A program made the position numbers and the translations under genes. Below are positions 41,634 to 53,879 of a DNA stretch of 64,000 nucleotides, in pieces. Below the pieces are notes generated by a model. The model was not told the DNA's origin. It saw nothing but the letters and a program-made list of their open reading frames with translations, and searched no databases. Position 1 is the first letter of the stretch; each line of letters opens with the position of its first letter. The stretch spans positions 4,216,001 to 4,280,000 of the forward strand of contig OZ176054.1 of assembly GCA_964247055.1 (NCBI GenBank). The letters are read 5' to 3'. Origin of the DNA: Paragordius varius. Its lineage: Eukaryota; Animalia; Nematomorpha.

Positions 41634-44600
41634 TATATATTATATTTCTATGATTTGTGAAACCCTTCGTCAATAGTAATCGCAAATAGTTTCGTGCTTG
41701 TTAGCACTCATCAGTACGACACAATTATTTGACTTCCGTCATTTACCTTTACAATATCTTTATCTTATGTTAACAAAATAGAGTGATGCTTAGTTATTAA
41801 ATTGATTTCTATGAAATCCCTAAGTAGCTATACTCTAAATCTATGGTTAAACCTAGGGTTAATTTTCAGTTTATTTTCATATTTTCAGTTTAATTTTTAA
41901 ATTTAATTTAAATTCGTATAACCAACTGCATTTATACCCAAATTGCAAAGTTGGATATATATACGAAATCGATATGTGAAAACCCCAAGTCAAATAGTTT
42001 TGTCGTACTGATGAGTGTTAACAAGCAGGAAACTATTCTACGATTACGATTGACGAAAGTGTTTCACATATCGTGTGTGATTTCTGTTTTTAAATATAAT
42101 TTTCTATTTATTTTCGTTTATCATTACCTTAAAAATAAACAACTATACAAAACATAATCAATGTAGTTTACCTTTACATATAATATATCTTGGTGGAAAA
42201 TAAATTGGTTAAGCTTGAGCATTACCATATTTTTTATTTATATTAAACATATGATATAATTAATATAATGCATGATACAAAAAAATTCTATAATAATAAT
42301 ATTAAATATTATATTGAAATTCGTTTTAAAATATAGAAAAAAGCTAATATTTTTTTGCTTACAAAGCTCAGAAGTCCAAATATTTTCAAAATCTTTTATA
42401 TTTTATCCGCAAAGTGTTACTTATAGGAGAAAATGAGCAAAATATTGGTTTAAAAATCTCAATACAAAATTTCAAATTACTTGTAATTGAAAGCTTAAAA
42501 AATTTTAAATTGTATGACCAAAATTAAAAACTGCAAAATTATATGTTTTTAAAAAATAAAGATATATTTACTTGCTAAAAGTATTTGAAACTAGGGAGTT
42601 GACATCATAAATGTATAGTTTACCATTTTCTTGCAAACACGGCAATAAGGAATGTGCTGAGTGTGACTAATTAAAATATGATAAAAGATATAGGCAACGC
42701 TTATATTTTTTCAAAAATATACATAATATTTTAAATTACATTTTAATTAAAAAAGAACTATATGGCAATTCAACTGCAAGTATTAAACTTCAAGCAACTC
42801 TAAGTATGAAATATTGTTAAAAATAATTTTTTAATATGCGTTTAATTGCGGGATAAAGTTTTCATTTACTTTGAATCTTATAGAATGCTTGGCATGATTT
42901 GGCAAAGTAAAAATTGGATTTCCTTTCGGTCGCCACAAATGGCCCCTATGTTTACCATGAGCTACTTTGTGAATATCGGATGAGTTAGTACATGTCGGTT
43001 GTGAATTAATGGTGAAACAATCTTTTGCATTATACAACCGTAATTTGGATTGCGATAAAACTATACGATTTTGACTATCATCCTGATTTATATGCAAATT
43101 AATAGTATCACTTTGAAAACCATTAATATTGTTGTTTGTTTCAAATAATTCTGTCCATTCCTGATTGTGATTAGGGAGGTCTTTATTCTTGGCACTAAAG
43201 CATAACTAATTACAACATACGCGTTATTCCGTTGGTTACTCGAAATCGGATTTTCATTATGTGCCTTGTTGTTATTTGGTTTGAGAATATTATACGGAAT
43301 GTTATTCTCTTAAAATAATCAGTTACGGTAAATTATATTATTTAATCCTCTAACCTCTAAAAGCAGTTACTAAATGAAAACCTTCAAACATGAAGTCAAA
43401 AAGTTATCAAGTAAAGCACTATTCCGGCCGAAAATGTGTTAGCATATTTTATTAGACGAGTAGACAATTAGATATGTCCATTTATAAAAATGTAACCCAA
43501 TTATTATTATTTGCTTGAATTTTAAAATAAATCAACCAAAATTATCACCAAGTATCTTAATAAATTAAATCAATTAAAATTTAGCAGTCGTTTGATAAAT
43601 TTTTTAAACATTAAGTGAAATCTTAATTCATGAACTGTGGTGTTGCTTTAAAATAATTATGCCAACTGATATAGTACTTATATAAGGGTTTATTAGAAGA
43701 TGAATAAAATATTTGATACCTTGTATTTTTTTATGCTAAAAATTATAAAATGAAAATGGTACTTCAAACGAAACAAATGATGGTGAAAATCCTACAAGTT
43801 ATTAATATATCAATAAACTTTCTAAATAGATCCCATAATATTGATTTATCAAGTATATGTAATCTTTACTATATGTATACAGATACCTTCATAATTTTTT
43901 TCATGCAAAGGAGGTACATTAATTTTGTTTTGCTTGGCAAGAAAAGACTGTAAAAGTAGATAAATAATTAAAATTTCAAGATCCTTTAATTCTTTTAGCG
44001 TGTTTCGAACAATTAATTTGGCTTTTCTATTTCCTTGCGTATTATCAGCTTGTATTACAAACGGTATTAATAACATACAAATTTTTATAGGGAGAGCAAT
44101 GACTGAAAACTAAATTTTTATACAAATAAAAATTCAAACGATATGGTGTATGGCATTCAAAACAGAAAGTTTGCAATCCATTTTTTCGAACCCGTGATAC
44201 AAAAGTGGATAAATTTGGTCTAAAAAACAATGAATAATAAAAAATGTCAACTTTGATGATTATGAAAACTAGTAAGTCCTCCCCATGTGCCTAATATGTA
44301 TTTTGGTAATAATCGGTATATTTCCCAACAATATCGGTCATTTATATCGTTGAAGAAGGATATGCTATGAGAAACCAAAACATTGCTAATCATGTAGCGG
44401 CGAAATACAAATATAAATTTTGATATAACCATGTAAATTACAGCTTTACGGATGAAATTTCGATACTTTTCATACGTTCCTGTACCAATCAGATATTGTA
44501 CAATTATTTTCGAAAACTGATTTTCAATAACTAACATGGTCTATGTGAATTAGCTATATATTAATATACCTCGAAAAAAGCGTAACGATTCAACCGATAA

Positions 44601-46208
44601 TCGAATTCATTAATGTGCTCAAAAAGATAATAAATAATTTCCTGGATATTTTCAGCGGATTGGTTCAAAAATTTGATTATTAGAAAGATGTATGAATAAT
44701 TATCTGTTAAGTTTGCATCTTTGAACGATCGTATCATATTGTATAAAACAAAATCGGTGTAATAATTTGTGTTTTCTATATCTGATTTATCTAGAAGCCA
44801 ATGATATTTTTGCCAACCGGTTAATAATGTAGCATGAATGTGAGAAAGTGTTTTCAAACATTTATATTTCAATTTAAAATCGGGATTCTCCCTTTGGCTA
44901 AAAATATACATTATGTGTGGGACAATATTCTCCATCATTAAATGCTTAATTTCCATAAATTTATGATAATCAGGATCAAACTTAATCCATTTTTGGAGGC
45001 ATTTAAAAACAATATAATAGGAATCAACAAATTTTAGATCAAAAGTATCGATGGTTAAACAATCATCGGTGTTTGGTGTTTTTAGGGGAGCTAGCAAAAA
45101 TGAAATGAGTATTATTTTATGGAGATTCATATTGACATCCATTTCTAACCGTTCCAAATTGTCTGCAATAGAAATAATCTTTTCATCCCAGTTATAATGC
45201 TTAATTACGGAAAAATATTCATTTATGAATATAAATTCAGCAACTTTTGAATCATTTAATATTATTTTAACGACTTGAGTAGCATTAGGTCTGAGATTTT
45301 CATTAAGTGATAACATTTTAGATATTGCATATCTTACCGATAAATTACTTATTTTATACAAAATCTAAATTGTCATAGATAATACCTCGTGAGGAAAAAA
45401 TTTTTTGTTTTTGAATAAAATTAATTGACGGGAATTAAAGGGAAAAAATCCCCCTGAAAATAATTGTAACAAAGTGCAACCAGCAGAAAATATGTCCATC
45501 TTATCCGTAAAAAACAGTCTATTATCTAAAATTGATTAATTTATACTAACCTTTGATATTATAAAATCGTTCTGGGGCTATGTAACATTGATGCCTTTGA
45601 GATGAATCAAAAAAATATGTGAAATCTGAAGGATTGTCTTCTGGTATCAAAACTGGTTTAAATGAAGCAAAATCGGTTAAGAACAAATAATTCCAGGATG
45701 AGAGTAAAATCTGTTTAAATTATTATTAAAAAACATTTTCGCATTTAATATCCCCATGATATATTTGTTTTTCATGCATCAATTGCAAGGCATATAAAAA
45801 TTGATATGCAATCCATATTTTTTCCGTGTCGCATAAAAAAGGTCGGGTATTTATACGATCATACAAATTATATTTAATATATTGTCTATGGATATAGGCT
45901 GCTCTGCTGCTTTTTACGTCAAAATAATTGTAAGGCAAAAAACAATAGATGTGATTTAGTTTTTCCTAAAATATACGTATTATTACTTTTATATATTGTA
46001 TTTGATCTTTATGTATTTTTATTGAGAAATTGTTTGGTACAATAAATATTTTTAGCGTTAAAAACCCTTCTGCATGAGAAACTTTTATAGATTTGAGAAA
46101 TCTTGATTTACCCATCATGGAATTAAATTGAACCGTTTTAATATCTGCTACATATTCATTAATATCGTAAAAATCTATCGGAGCTAATGCTGCCAGTTGA
46201 TTACCCAT
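39799..46208 (-). CDS. PIK3R4: Phosphoinositide 3-kinase regulatory subunit 4 / Vps15 (kinase, HEAT, WD40)
   Basis: MGNQLA myristoylation-type N-terminus, [79 protein letters not shown]. Confidence 0.95.
41669..41734 (-). ncRNA. Minimal type I hammerhead-ribozyme motif (HHR-2), intronic and sense to Vps15
   Basis: Minus strand reads GTCAA...TCGTA CTGATGA GTGCT-AACA-AGCAC GAAA CTATT TGCGA...TTGAC. It has the core CUGAUGA/GAAA, a perfect 5-bp stem II, stem I TCGTA/TGCGA and a distal GTCAA/TTGAC. One nucleotide shorter than HHR-1 at the cleavage site. Confidence 0.7.
41989..42054 (+). ncRNA. Minimal type I hammerhead-ribozyme motif (HHR-1), inverted relative to HHR-2
   Basis: TCGTA(42003-07) CTGATGA(42008-14) GTGTT-AACA-AGCAG GAAA(42029-32) CTATTC TACGA(42039-43), with distal GTCAA/TTGAC and a further perfect 12-bp helix (41970-41981 with 42062-42073). 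There is a G.G mismatch at the base of stem II. Confidence 0.7.
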
Positions 46209-48490
46209 CCGATCTGTTTTTCAACACGCCTAGAAATGCGTTTTTTGCATATGTGAAAATATAATATGCATGGATATGTATCCACAGTTGTAAACTTTCA
46301 GTTGATACGGTTATCGTTATGGGCTTACCAAAAAGTTTTAAAGAACCGTAACATATATTTATTTCTCTCAAGGGCCGTTCACGATATAATACCGATAAAA
46401 AATTGTTAAAAAACATTTGCAAATATTTTAACATAAATTAAGAAAATCAAATTTTAATAAAAATTTCTGGTCCATAAAAGCACACTTTTAGGGCCGCTGT
46501 GAGTACCATTTATGCTATATTACAAAGAGTACACAATAAAACCTGTTAAATAAAAACTTTCTGATAAAAAATCTATCCCAATTTTTGGGGTGCTTTTGGG
46601 TCTTATCAATGATTTAACACCTCGTTACCGTTTCACTTTTTGTCCTAGTTTACATTTTATTTTGTATATACACTACTGTTTTAAAAGTTATTTCAGTTAA
46701 AATTTAATTATCAAACATTGTTCTCGTGTATTAAGTAAAAAAGATTATTTATAAAGTTTTGGACTTCTAGCGATAAAATTGGGACAGTTCCAAACAAAAT
46801 TGACATGAACAGCTGATTATAAAATTAAAATATATCAAGTTTTTTCTGGTAAAATGTAGCCTGAAACCTTTTTAAGGTTAATTATATACATTTTTTTACC
46901 ATAATATACAATTATTAAACTGTTGCTTAGCGATTTAAAAAAATATGGAAAATAAGCGCGCCAAAAAAGATTAAAATAAGGATTTTTTACAATTTTACAG
47001 TTTTTTAAAAAAATTATAATGCTCCTGAAAGGCTCAAAACAAATTTTTATAGCTTATTACCTTAAATAGTTTTTATGATAATATTTCAAATTGCTCTCGG
47101 ATATAAAACTATCAAGGTAATAGCATGTTGAGAAAGTTTCTACTGATAAAATCGCTCCATATTGAAAAAAAGACAAAATAACACATTTTATCAAAAAATT
47201 GGGAAATTAAATTATTTCTAAAACACTAAGATATTATAAACTATATATAACACACCTAGTCCAAATCGAGAGATAAAAATATCCTGATGAATATATATAT
47301 ATATATATATATATATTCTGATAGAAAAGGTATCAGGATGCTTTTAATTTTGGCCCTTACTAGTAAATTAAGAATATTAATTACACCTATGAGCTGACAA
47401 CACCATATCGAAAAATAGCAAAATCTGTGCACACTAAAATTATCGGTAAAGATATCACTAATATACATCTTAAACAACATAAAAAAAGCAAAACATCCTT
47501 TTTGTAAAATTTTAGATTTGAGCTCCGAAAGCCTCCAATTTTTGGAATGGTCCGAAATGAGCAAGTTCTCTTAAAAGAAACTTAAGATTGAAGATAGCAC
47601 GATAAAATAAGTATACTTTAAATTTTGACATTAAAATAATTTTCCCCTAAAAAATAGATAAAAAATTTATTTTTTAGTATAATTTTGTAGAAATGTATTT
47701 TATATATAGGAGCATCACACACAAATAATATCTCCATTTCGAATAGGGAAAATGCATCAGAATACTTTGGGTGCATTTGGTTTGGTTTATGAGTGATTTA
47801 ATAAAGTAATTTTCAATTTTGTGGTATTTGCTCCGTATCAAAAAAAATCGTAAAATTCGCTCACATTATGCTCAATTTTTTGATGAAAATTAAACACTAC
47901 AGTCCAAAAAGATCAAATTATATCTTAAACTCCATTTTAAAAGCAACGATATTTTTGTGAGAGAGGTTTTTAGATCACGGATTCGATATTTAACATGCGT
48001 TTAGTTTTCTTAAACTAAACGCAACGATGCCAATATTTAGCGATAGAAATTTACACGCTAAATAGCATCAATTTTACTGAACAATTGGATATTTTGCTTA
48101 AGATTATATTTATAAATTTTGGTGAGGTGAGTTTTACGGTATTTTGAAGCATGATTGAAACGGTATAAAAACACTATCCAGGATGCTTACCATTTCTATC
48201 ATCTCATTATTATTAATAATTTTCGTAATTTTAAATTTGGATTAATTTTTGTAAAGCGCATTTTATATTTAATAAAAAAATTAAAAACGATCAAAATTCG
48301 GAGGTGATAGAGATGTTTAGAACTATCATCGAAATGTATATATAGTAAATGTGTCTTTATATATAGCGTTTTTATACAGATTCTATCGTGCTTTAAAATA
48401 GCAAGAAGTACGTTGTAATATCCAATAAATATAAAAAAAATATATTTAAATTTTAACAATGAATTTAAAAAAAAATTAATATTTTATTAA

Positions 48491-49054
48491 CATACAACAC
48501 ATTCATTTTAGTTCGATTCAAATTGGGGTAGTTAAATACCCCAGGCCTGTTTAAAATTAAATTCTAGAAAAATATAGAAGGAATCGAAACCATGGCAAAA
48601 TTTTGCACTTATATAACACTAATAAACTTAAATATATAAAAAAATTTATTCAAAAATACTTGATAATACTTATTTTAAGCTAAAACCGAAAGGTAAATAT
48701 TTAGTCAACGTGACATGTGTGCAATGGTAAAATTAATAAAGAATACCAAATAAACCGCTTTTTCTATTTCTATTAATGTTAGATGTAATTTAAATATATG
48801 CTTTAATTTTACCCTTAAAATTAAATGAGGACAATATTTTGCAAAAATTTTGTAAAATAAAAATGGCGTCGAAGTAGTTTGACATGGAACTTTTTTCTCA
48901 AAACAAAATTTTATCTAGATATTATGGCATATTTATATAAACTTTATTTGGATAGAAGCATAAATTTAAATTGGGACCCTTTCCTTCAGTAGTTTTTTAA
49001 AAATCTTAATTCAAATTTATGGGGTATTTAGATACCCCAATTTGAATCGAAGTG
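48491..49054 (+). mobile_element. piggyBac-like MITE, near full length (copy H)
   Basis: TTAA at both ends; ttcgattcaaattggggta ... taccccaatttgaatcgaa inverted repeat; small deletion at the left terminus. Confidence 0.9.
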
Positions 49055-49460
49055 TTAAAAACAAAAATCATCATCTATTTAAATCTATATGTTTTTTATA
49101 ATTTTAAAAAATTAATGCCATTTAGGAGATTTGGTAGTAATTGCTAACGGTTTAATTTATATTTTTAAAATTCGATATAAAAGGAAATTCTATTTTAATA
49201 GTTAATTTATTTTAAATTAAACAGGGTTAAGCCAATATCAATAAATTTTATAAGCATTTTAAATATTTTATAATATATACTAGCGTACATCTCCCGAGGA
49301 AATCCTTCGGACTTCTTGGGGGGAGCGCTACTCCAAAAGGGATCCACAAAATTGTGATCCATATATGTGAATTATTTCGAAACGTTTTTTAATAGTTATG
49401 ATCTCATAGGATTTTCAGAACGGTTTCATAGATTTTCAAAACTGGGTATCATACTAATAT

Positions 49461-50495
49461 ATTGGGTGGGGTGATAAAAAAGTCGCACTTGACTTGTAAG
49501 CCAAGCGTGGCAAGTTGAGCAAGATTACTTAAGCCAGCAAGTGTACACTTGAAGATCGGTGATAAAAACATTTAAGACAAGTCTTTTGCTTATGAATGAA
49601 ACATTTTTTGCCACCCAATTCGAATTTTATGGAAACTTCTTTGATCATTTTCAGCCAAAATTTATGAAATAAGGCACAAAAAGATAAACAATTTATACAA
49701 TATGCATTTAGTGAAGTTTTTCAAACTCAAGGCACGTATCTTGTTTATATTATAGAGTTTTCTAAATTTTGAGCCTGGTAATAGTTTTTAGATTGATGAA
49801 ACCATTCGCCCTTAAAAACTTTCCTTTATTTTACCACACTACTTATTTTGTTTGGAGTTCCGTTACAAATATAGTGGGAAGATGTTTATACAATATAACC
49901 TATTATTATTCTTGATTGAACATTACATTCGAAATAAATTTATGATGAAATATATTATTTACATTAGTTAATAGTGAAGTAAGTTTTAGCGTTTAATAAA
50001 CGAAGATTGGAAATTTTATAAAATTAATATTTGATTATTAAGTTTAAAAAATTTTCGAGAATGAAATTTTTTTGCGTTCACGAAATAGATATATTTAGCA
50101 TATTTTTATATGCAATGCAAAAATATTAGCAGAGCTTTTCTATAAATTTATACTCTTTTTTATCCACCAATGAATAAATTAATTAGCCAAAATTTACCAA
50201 ATTAACATTTTATAGCATTTACAAAGGTTTGAATTACATATAAAACCTAAATATACATAAATAGTTTCCAAAATAATTTTATCCATATTTTTAAATCTGC
50301 CAAGTGTGCCTTACATTACGCTTGCAAAAGCTTTAAGTTTTAACGGATCATATGATTTTTTATCACCTCCGAATCAAGTTTTCTTGCCTGACTTAAGTCG
50401 TCTAATATTAATTTTTTTTATCACATAAAAGCAAGCCATAACTTGAAAAACTTGCAAGTCAAAGCTAAAAAATTTTTTTATCACCCCACCCATTG
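49461..50495 (-). mobile_element. TIR element family 2, apparently complete non-coding copy (~1 kb)
   Basis: gggtggggtgataaaaaa at the left and ttttttatcaccccaccc at the right; no ORF; superfamily unresolved (two of three ends are preceded by TA, weakly suggesting Tc1/mariner). Confidence 0.75.
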
Positions 50496-50504
50496 TTTAC
50501 TGGT

Positions 50505-52340
50505 GTGAAGGCCCCAAATTGACGGCTAACGGTACAAACCGCTATACAATAATTTTTACCTAATTATGGGTATCATTTAAAGCCTTTATTGAACTCGTAT
50601 GGCTTCTTAGGTTTTTTGAAAATTAGCTCCAAAACCACGTTATTTTTGTATGGCGTCTCAGTTTTAAACCGGTAGATCCCTACCCATAGACCTATATGGG
50701 AAAAGCGCTGAGTTAAATTTTTTGCCTTTATAGGGCAAATATTTGGAATCATCTTTGATAGCATCGTCTCATGGGTTATTCGAAATAACTAAATAATCGT
50801 TATATAATGGCCTATTTTTAACGCATAAAGGCCCAAAATTAACGGCTAATAAAACGCCTGAACTTAATTTTTACTTAGTAACGGGTAATATTTCAAGCTT
50901 TTAATGAGCTCATATTGTTCACAAAATTTCTAGGCGCAATTTTTGGCGGGTAGCTCCTTACCCAGAGGCAGGTATAAAAAAAGCGTCGGGCAAAATATTT
51001 GCCTTTATAAGGGAAATATCTGGAATTATCATCGATTCCAAATGTTCATATAAGTTCTTGGAAATATTGCTTCAAAACTAAAAAATTGTTCTATGGCGGC
51101 GCATTTTCAAGGCATAAAACTTTACTTAGCGACTCATTGAAATAACCCTCTATACTATATTTTTTTAAGGGGTAATAAATATTTTAGGATCTATTGAACT
51201 CACATAGTCCCATAGTTTTTCTGAAATTTGGCTCCAAAGGCATGCTATATCGATAGGTGACGCGGTTTTACGCGGGTAGCCCCCTAACCAGGGGCAAAAC
51301 CAAAAATCGCTCCATTAAAATTTTGGCCTTAATTCGGCTAATACCTGGAATCATGATTGATTCCATGTGCTCTTGCGGGATTTTTGAAATATTGCATTAA
51401 ACCAAAAAGTCATTCTATGATGGCGCCTTTTTTAGGGCAAGGGCATAATTAAAGGGTAATTTAATAAAACCGCTCTACCTAAATTTTGCCTTTTTACGGG
51501 TGATATCTCAAGCCCTTATTGAACTCATATGGCCTGATAAGTTTTATAAAATTTGTCTTCAAAGTCAGGCTGTATCGATATGGTCGCGCAGTTGTAGGCA
51601 AGTAGCCGTCTACCCAGAAGCCAATATAAAAAAGGCGTTCGATAAAATATTTTAGCATTTATTGGGTACCTAGAATCATCATTCATTTCATATGTTTTTT
51701 AATAGTTTTTGGAAGAATGGCTTCAAAACTAAGTAATACAATGACAGCGGATTTTTTAGGGCGTAAAGGGAGTTAACGGCTAATTCAAAAAACCATTCGG
51801 CAAATTTTTACCTTTTTACGGGTAATATTTCAGGCCCTTATTAAACTTATATGGCCTGATCAGTTAAAATTAACGCTTAAACAACACAATTTCGATATGG
51901 TGGTGCACTTTCCGCGCAGCTCCCTACCCAGAGGCTGATACCAAAAAACGCCTGATTAAAATTTTTGCCTTTTTACGGAGAATACCTGGAATCATGATTG
52001 ATTCCATCTCTCATTCGTTTTTGGAAAAATTGCCTCCAAACTGAAAACTATTCTATGGTGGAGCATTTTTCAGGGCGTGAAGGGCCTAATTAACGGCTAA
52101 TTTTAAAAAACCGCACGGCATAAATTTCTGCCTTACTGCTAATATTTTAAGCTATTGTACTCATTTTTTTCTGAAATTTAGCTCCAAAGGCACGGTATTT
52201 CTAAATGACGGGTCAGTTTTTAGCGGGTAGCTCCTTACCCAGCAGCTATCACCAAAGAAACGCCTGACTAAAATTTTTTCCTTTTAACAGGGAATACGTG
52301 GAATCCATATTGAATTTTTACGGTCTCATAACTAGGGCGA
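50505..52340. repeat. Degenerate satellite, about 6 units of ~275-325 bp
   Basis: The motif gggtagctcc(t)tacccagaggc and variants recur at about 50680, 50955, 51280, 51605, 51922 and 52232; taacggctaa recurs with the same period. Confidence 0.85.
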
Positions 52341-52379
52341 AAAATAGATTTAAAAAATTATTTTTGTGGACTTTGTTTT

Positions 52380-52790
52380 TTGAAAAAAATGGCATTTTAC
52401 TGGGGTAGCGGGTAAAAAGAGAGCCTAAATCAAAAAAGTGAGTCGACTATGTTCAGCGCGATCAAAAATAAGTAAACAAAAATCATATTTGAAATTGAAT
52501 GGTCCAACACGTTTTCCGGAAAATTGTCTCAAAGACACGATTTTTGTGGACTTCTGTTTTCAAAAAAAACCATTTTTCACACGGGGTGGGCCCGAACTGG
52601 GACCCTATTTCAAAAAAAGGGCGAAGCTATTGTCGGGGCATTCATTAATGATTATATTTTTTCGAAGTTTGGATTTGAATGGGTCTACCGTTTTTCCTGT
52701 ACCAGATCACAAAGCCAGCATTTTCCATTTTTATAAATATATAGATTATTGATCGTTTGATATCTGATTGCGATCCGCCACTGTATTTTC
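52380..52790. repeat. Degenerate repeat related to 30650-31440, ending in a gatccgccactg motif
   Basis: Shares aaaaagagagcct / ctatttcaaaaaaagg / cacgttttcc-type motifs with the 30.6-31.4 kb array. Confidence 0.45.
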
Positions 52791-53879
52791 CCTCCACAAT
52801 TTCAATCTAATATGTCACTAATAAAAGTGAAAAATTTTATACTGCTAACAGACATGTAAATTAAGTACTCTTTTAGCCATTTCATTACTGTGTGAAAGAA
52901 TAATAGTTCAAATCATAAACCCCCCTTGAATTATTTTAGTCATATCAACAATACTTTTTAACTGATTATAGTTTTCATTTTTATATTAAATTATACTTTT
53001 TATAATTTTGTTAGTGCCAATATATTAATATGCAGAAAATGAAAATTTTATAAAGAAATCGCCAATAATAGCATTATCTATAATGTGGACACCTGAATTT
53101 TAAGTAGGTGATGATACATTATAGATATTGTTTAATATCACCTAATGTACTTCGGAATGATATTTATATTATAAATATTAAATCAAACGGTTCTTAAGCA
53201 TTGTGCTCAAAAGGTTAACCAACCATTGATAGCAAAATGTCAAAAAACAATTTAAGTCGTTTTAAAGTATTTTAAAAACAATAAGCTATCGTTAAATAAT
53301 TTGATCTCTTTCATTAATAACAACGGGTTTTAAACCCCGTGTCCCATGCCAAGGTTTTAAAACAATTTAAGGGAATACACATAGTTTGGTTGACCCGTGT
53401 ATATTTGGAATATTTTACACACAATAATGTAGAATATTACATTTTTTACAAAATTGTCCTAAAATTTATGCAATAAAGAATTAATTTAATATATAAAAAT
53501 ATATCGGGTCGCACATATATTCATTATTTAATACCAAATGACAAACAATAAGGTTAGGTAGTTTACGGCTAAAGCAATGTTTCAGTATCAAGTATAGAGT
53601 ATTATAGTTGTTTTAAAAATAATTTAATTAATATAATTCGCCTTATATATGAATCAATCCAAATTGGATTGCGAACATAATACATATCTTAAAACATAAA
53701 ATTAATTAAAAGGGTAAAAGTTGGCTGGGGACCAAAAATTATCTATAAAAAATATTTTAACTAGATTAATTTATTTTAAAATCTGGTATTGGTATTATTA
53801 GCACCATTAACTGTATTGCTAATAACATGTGTTGTTCATTCCAAAAGCTTAAAGAGGTGGCACACATGTTTCTTTAGAA

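Noticed and set aside
47256-47564. 102-aa minus-strand ORF upstream of Vps15
   Set aside because: It runs through an (AT)n microsatellite, is low complexity and has no recognisable motif; likely spurious.
52770-52790. hAT element bounded by gatccgccactg
   Set aside because: No matching left terminus or TSD was found upstream.
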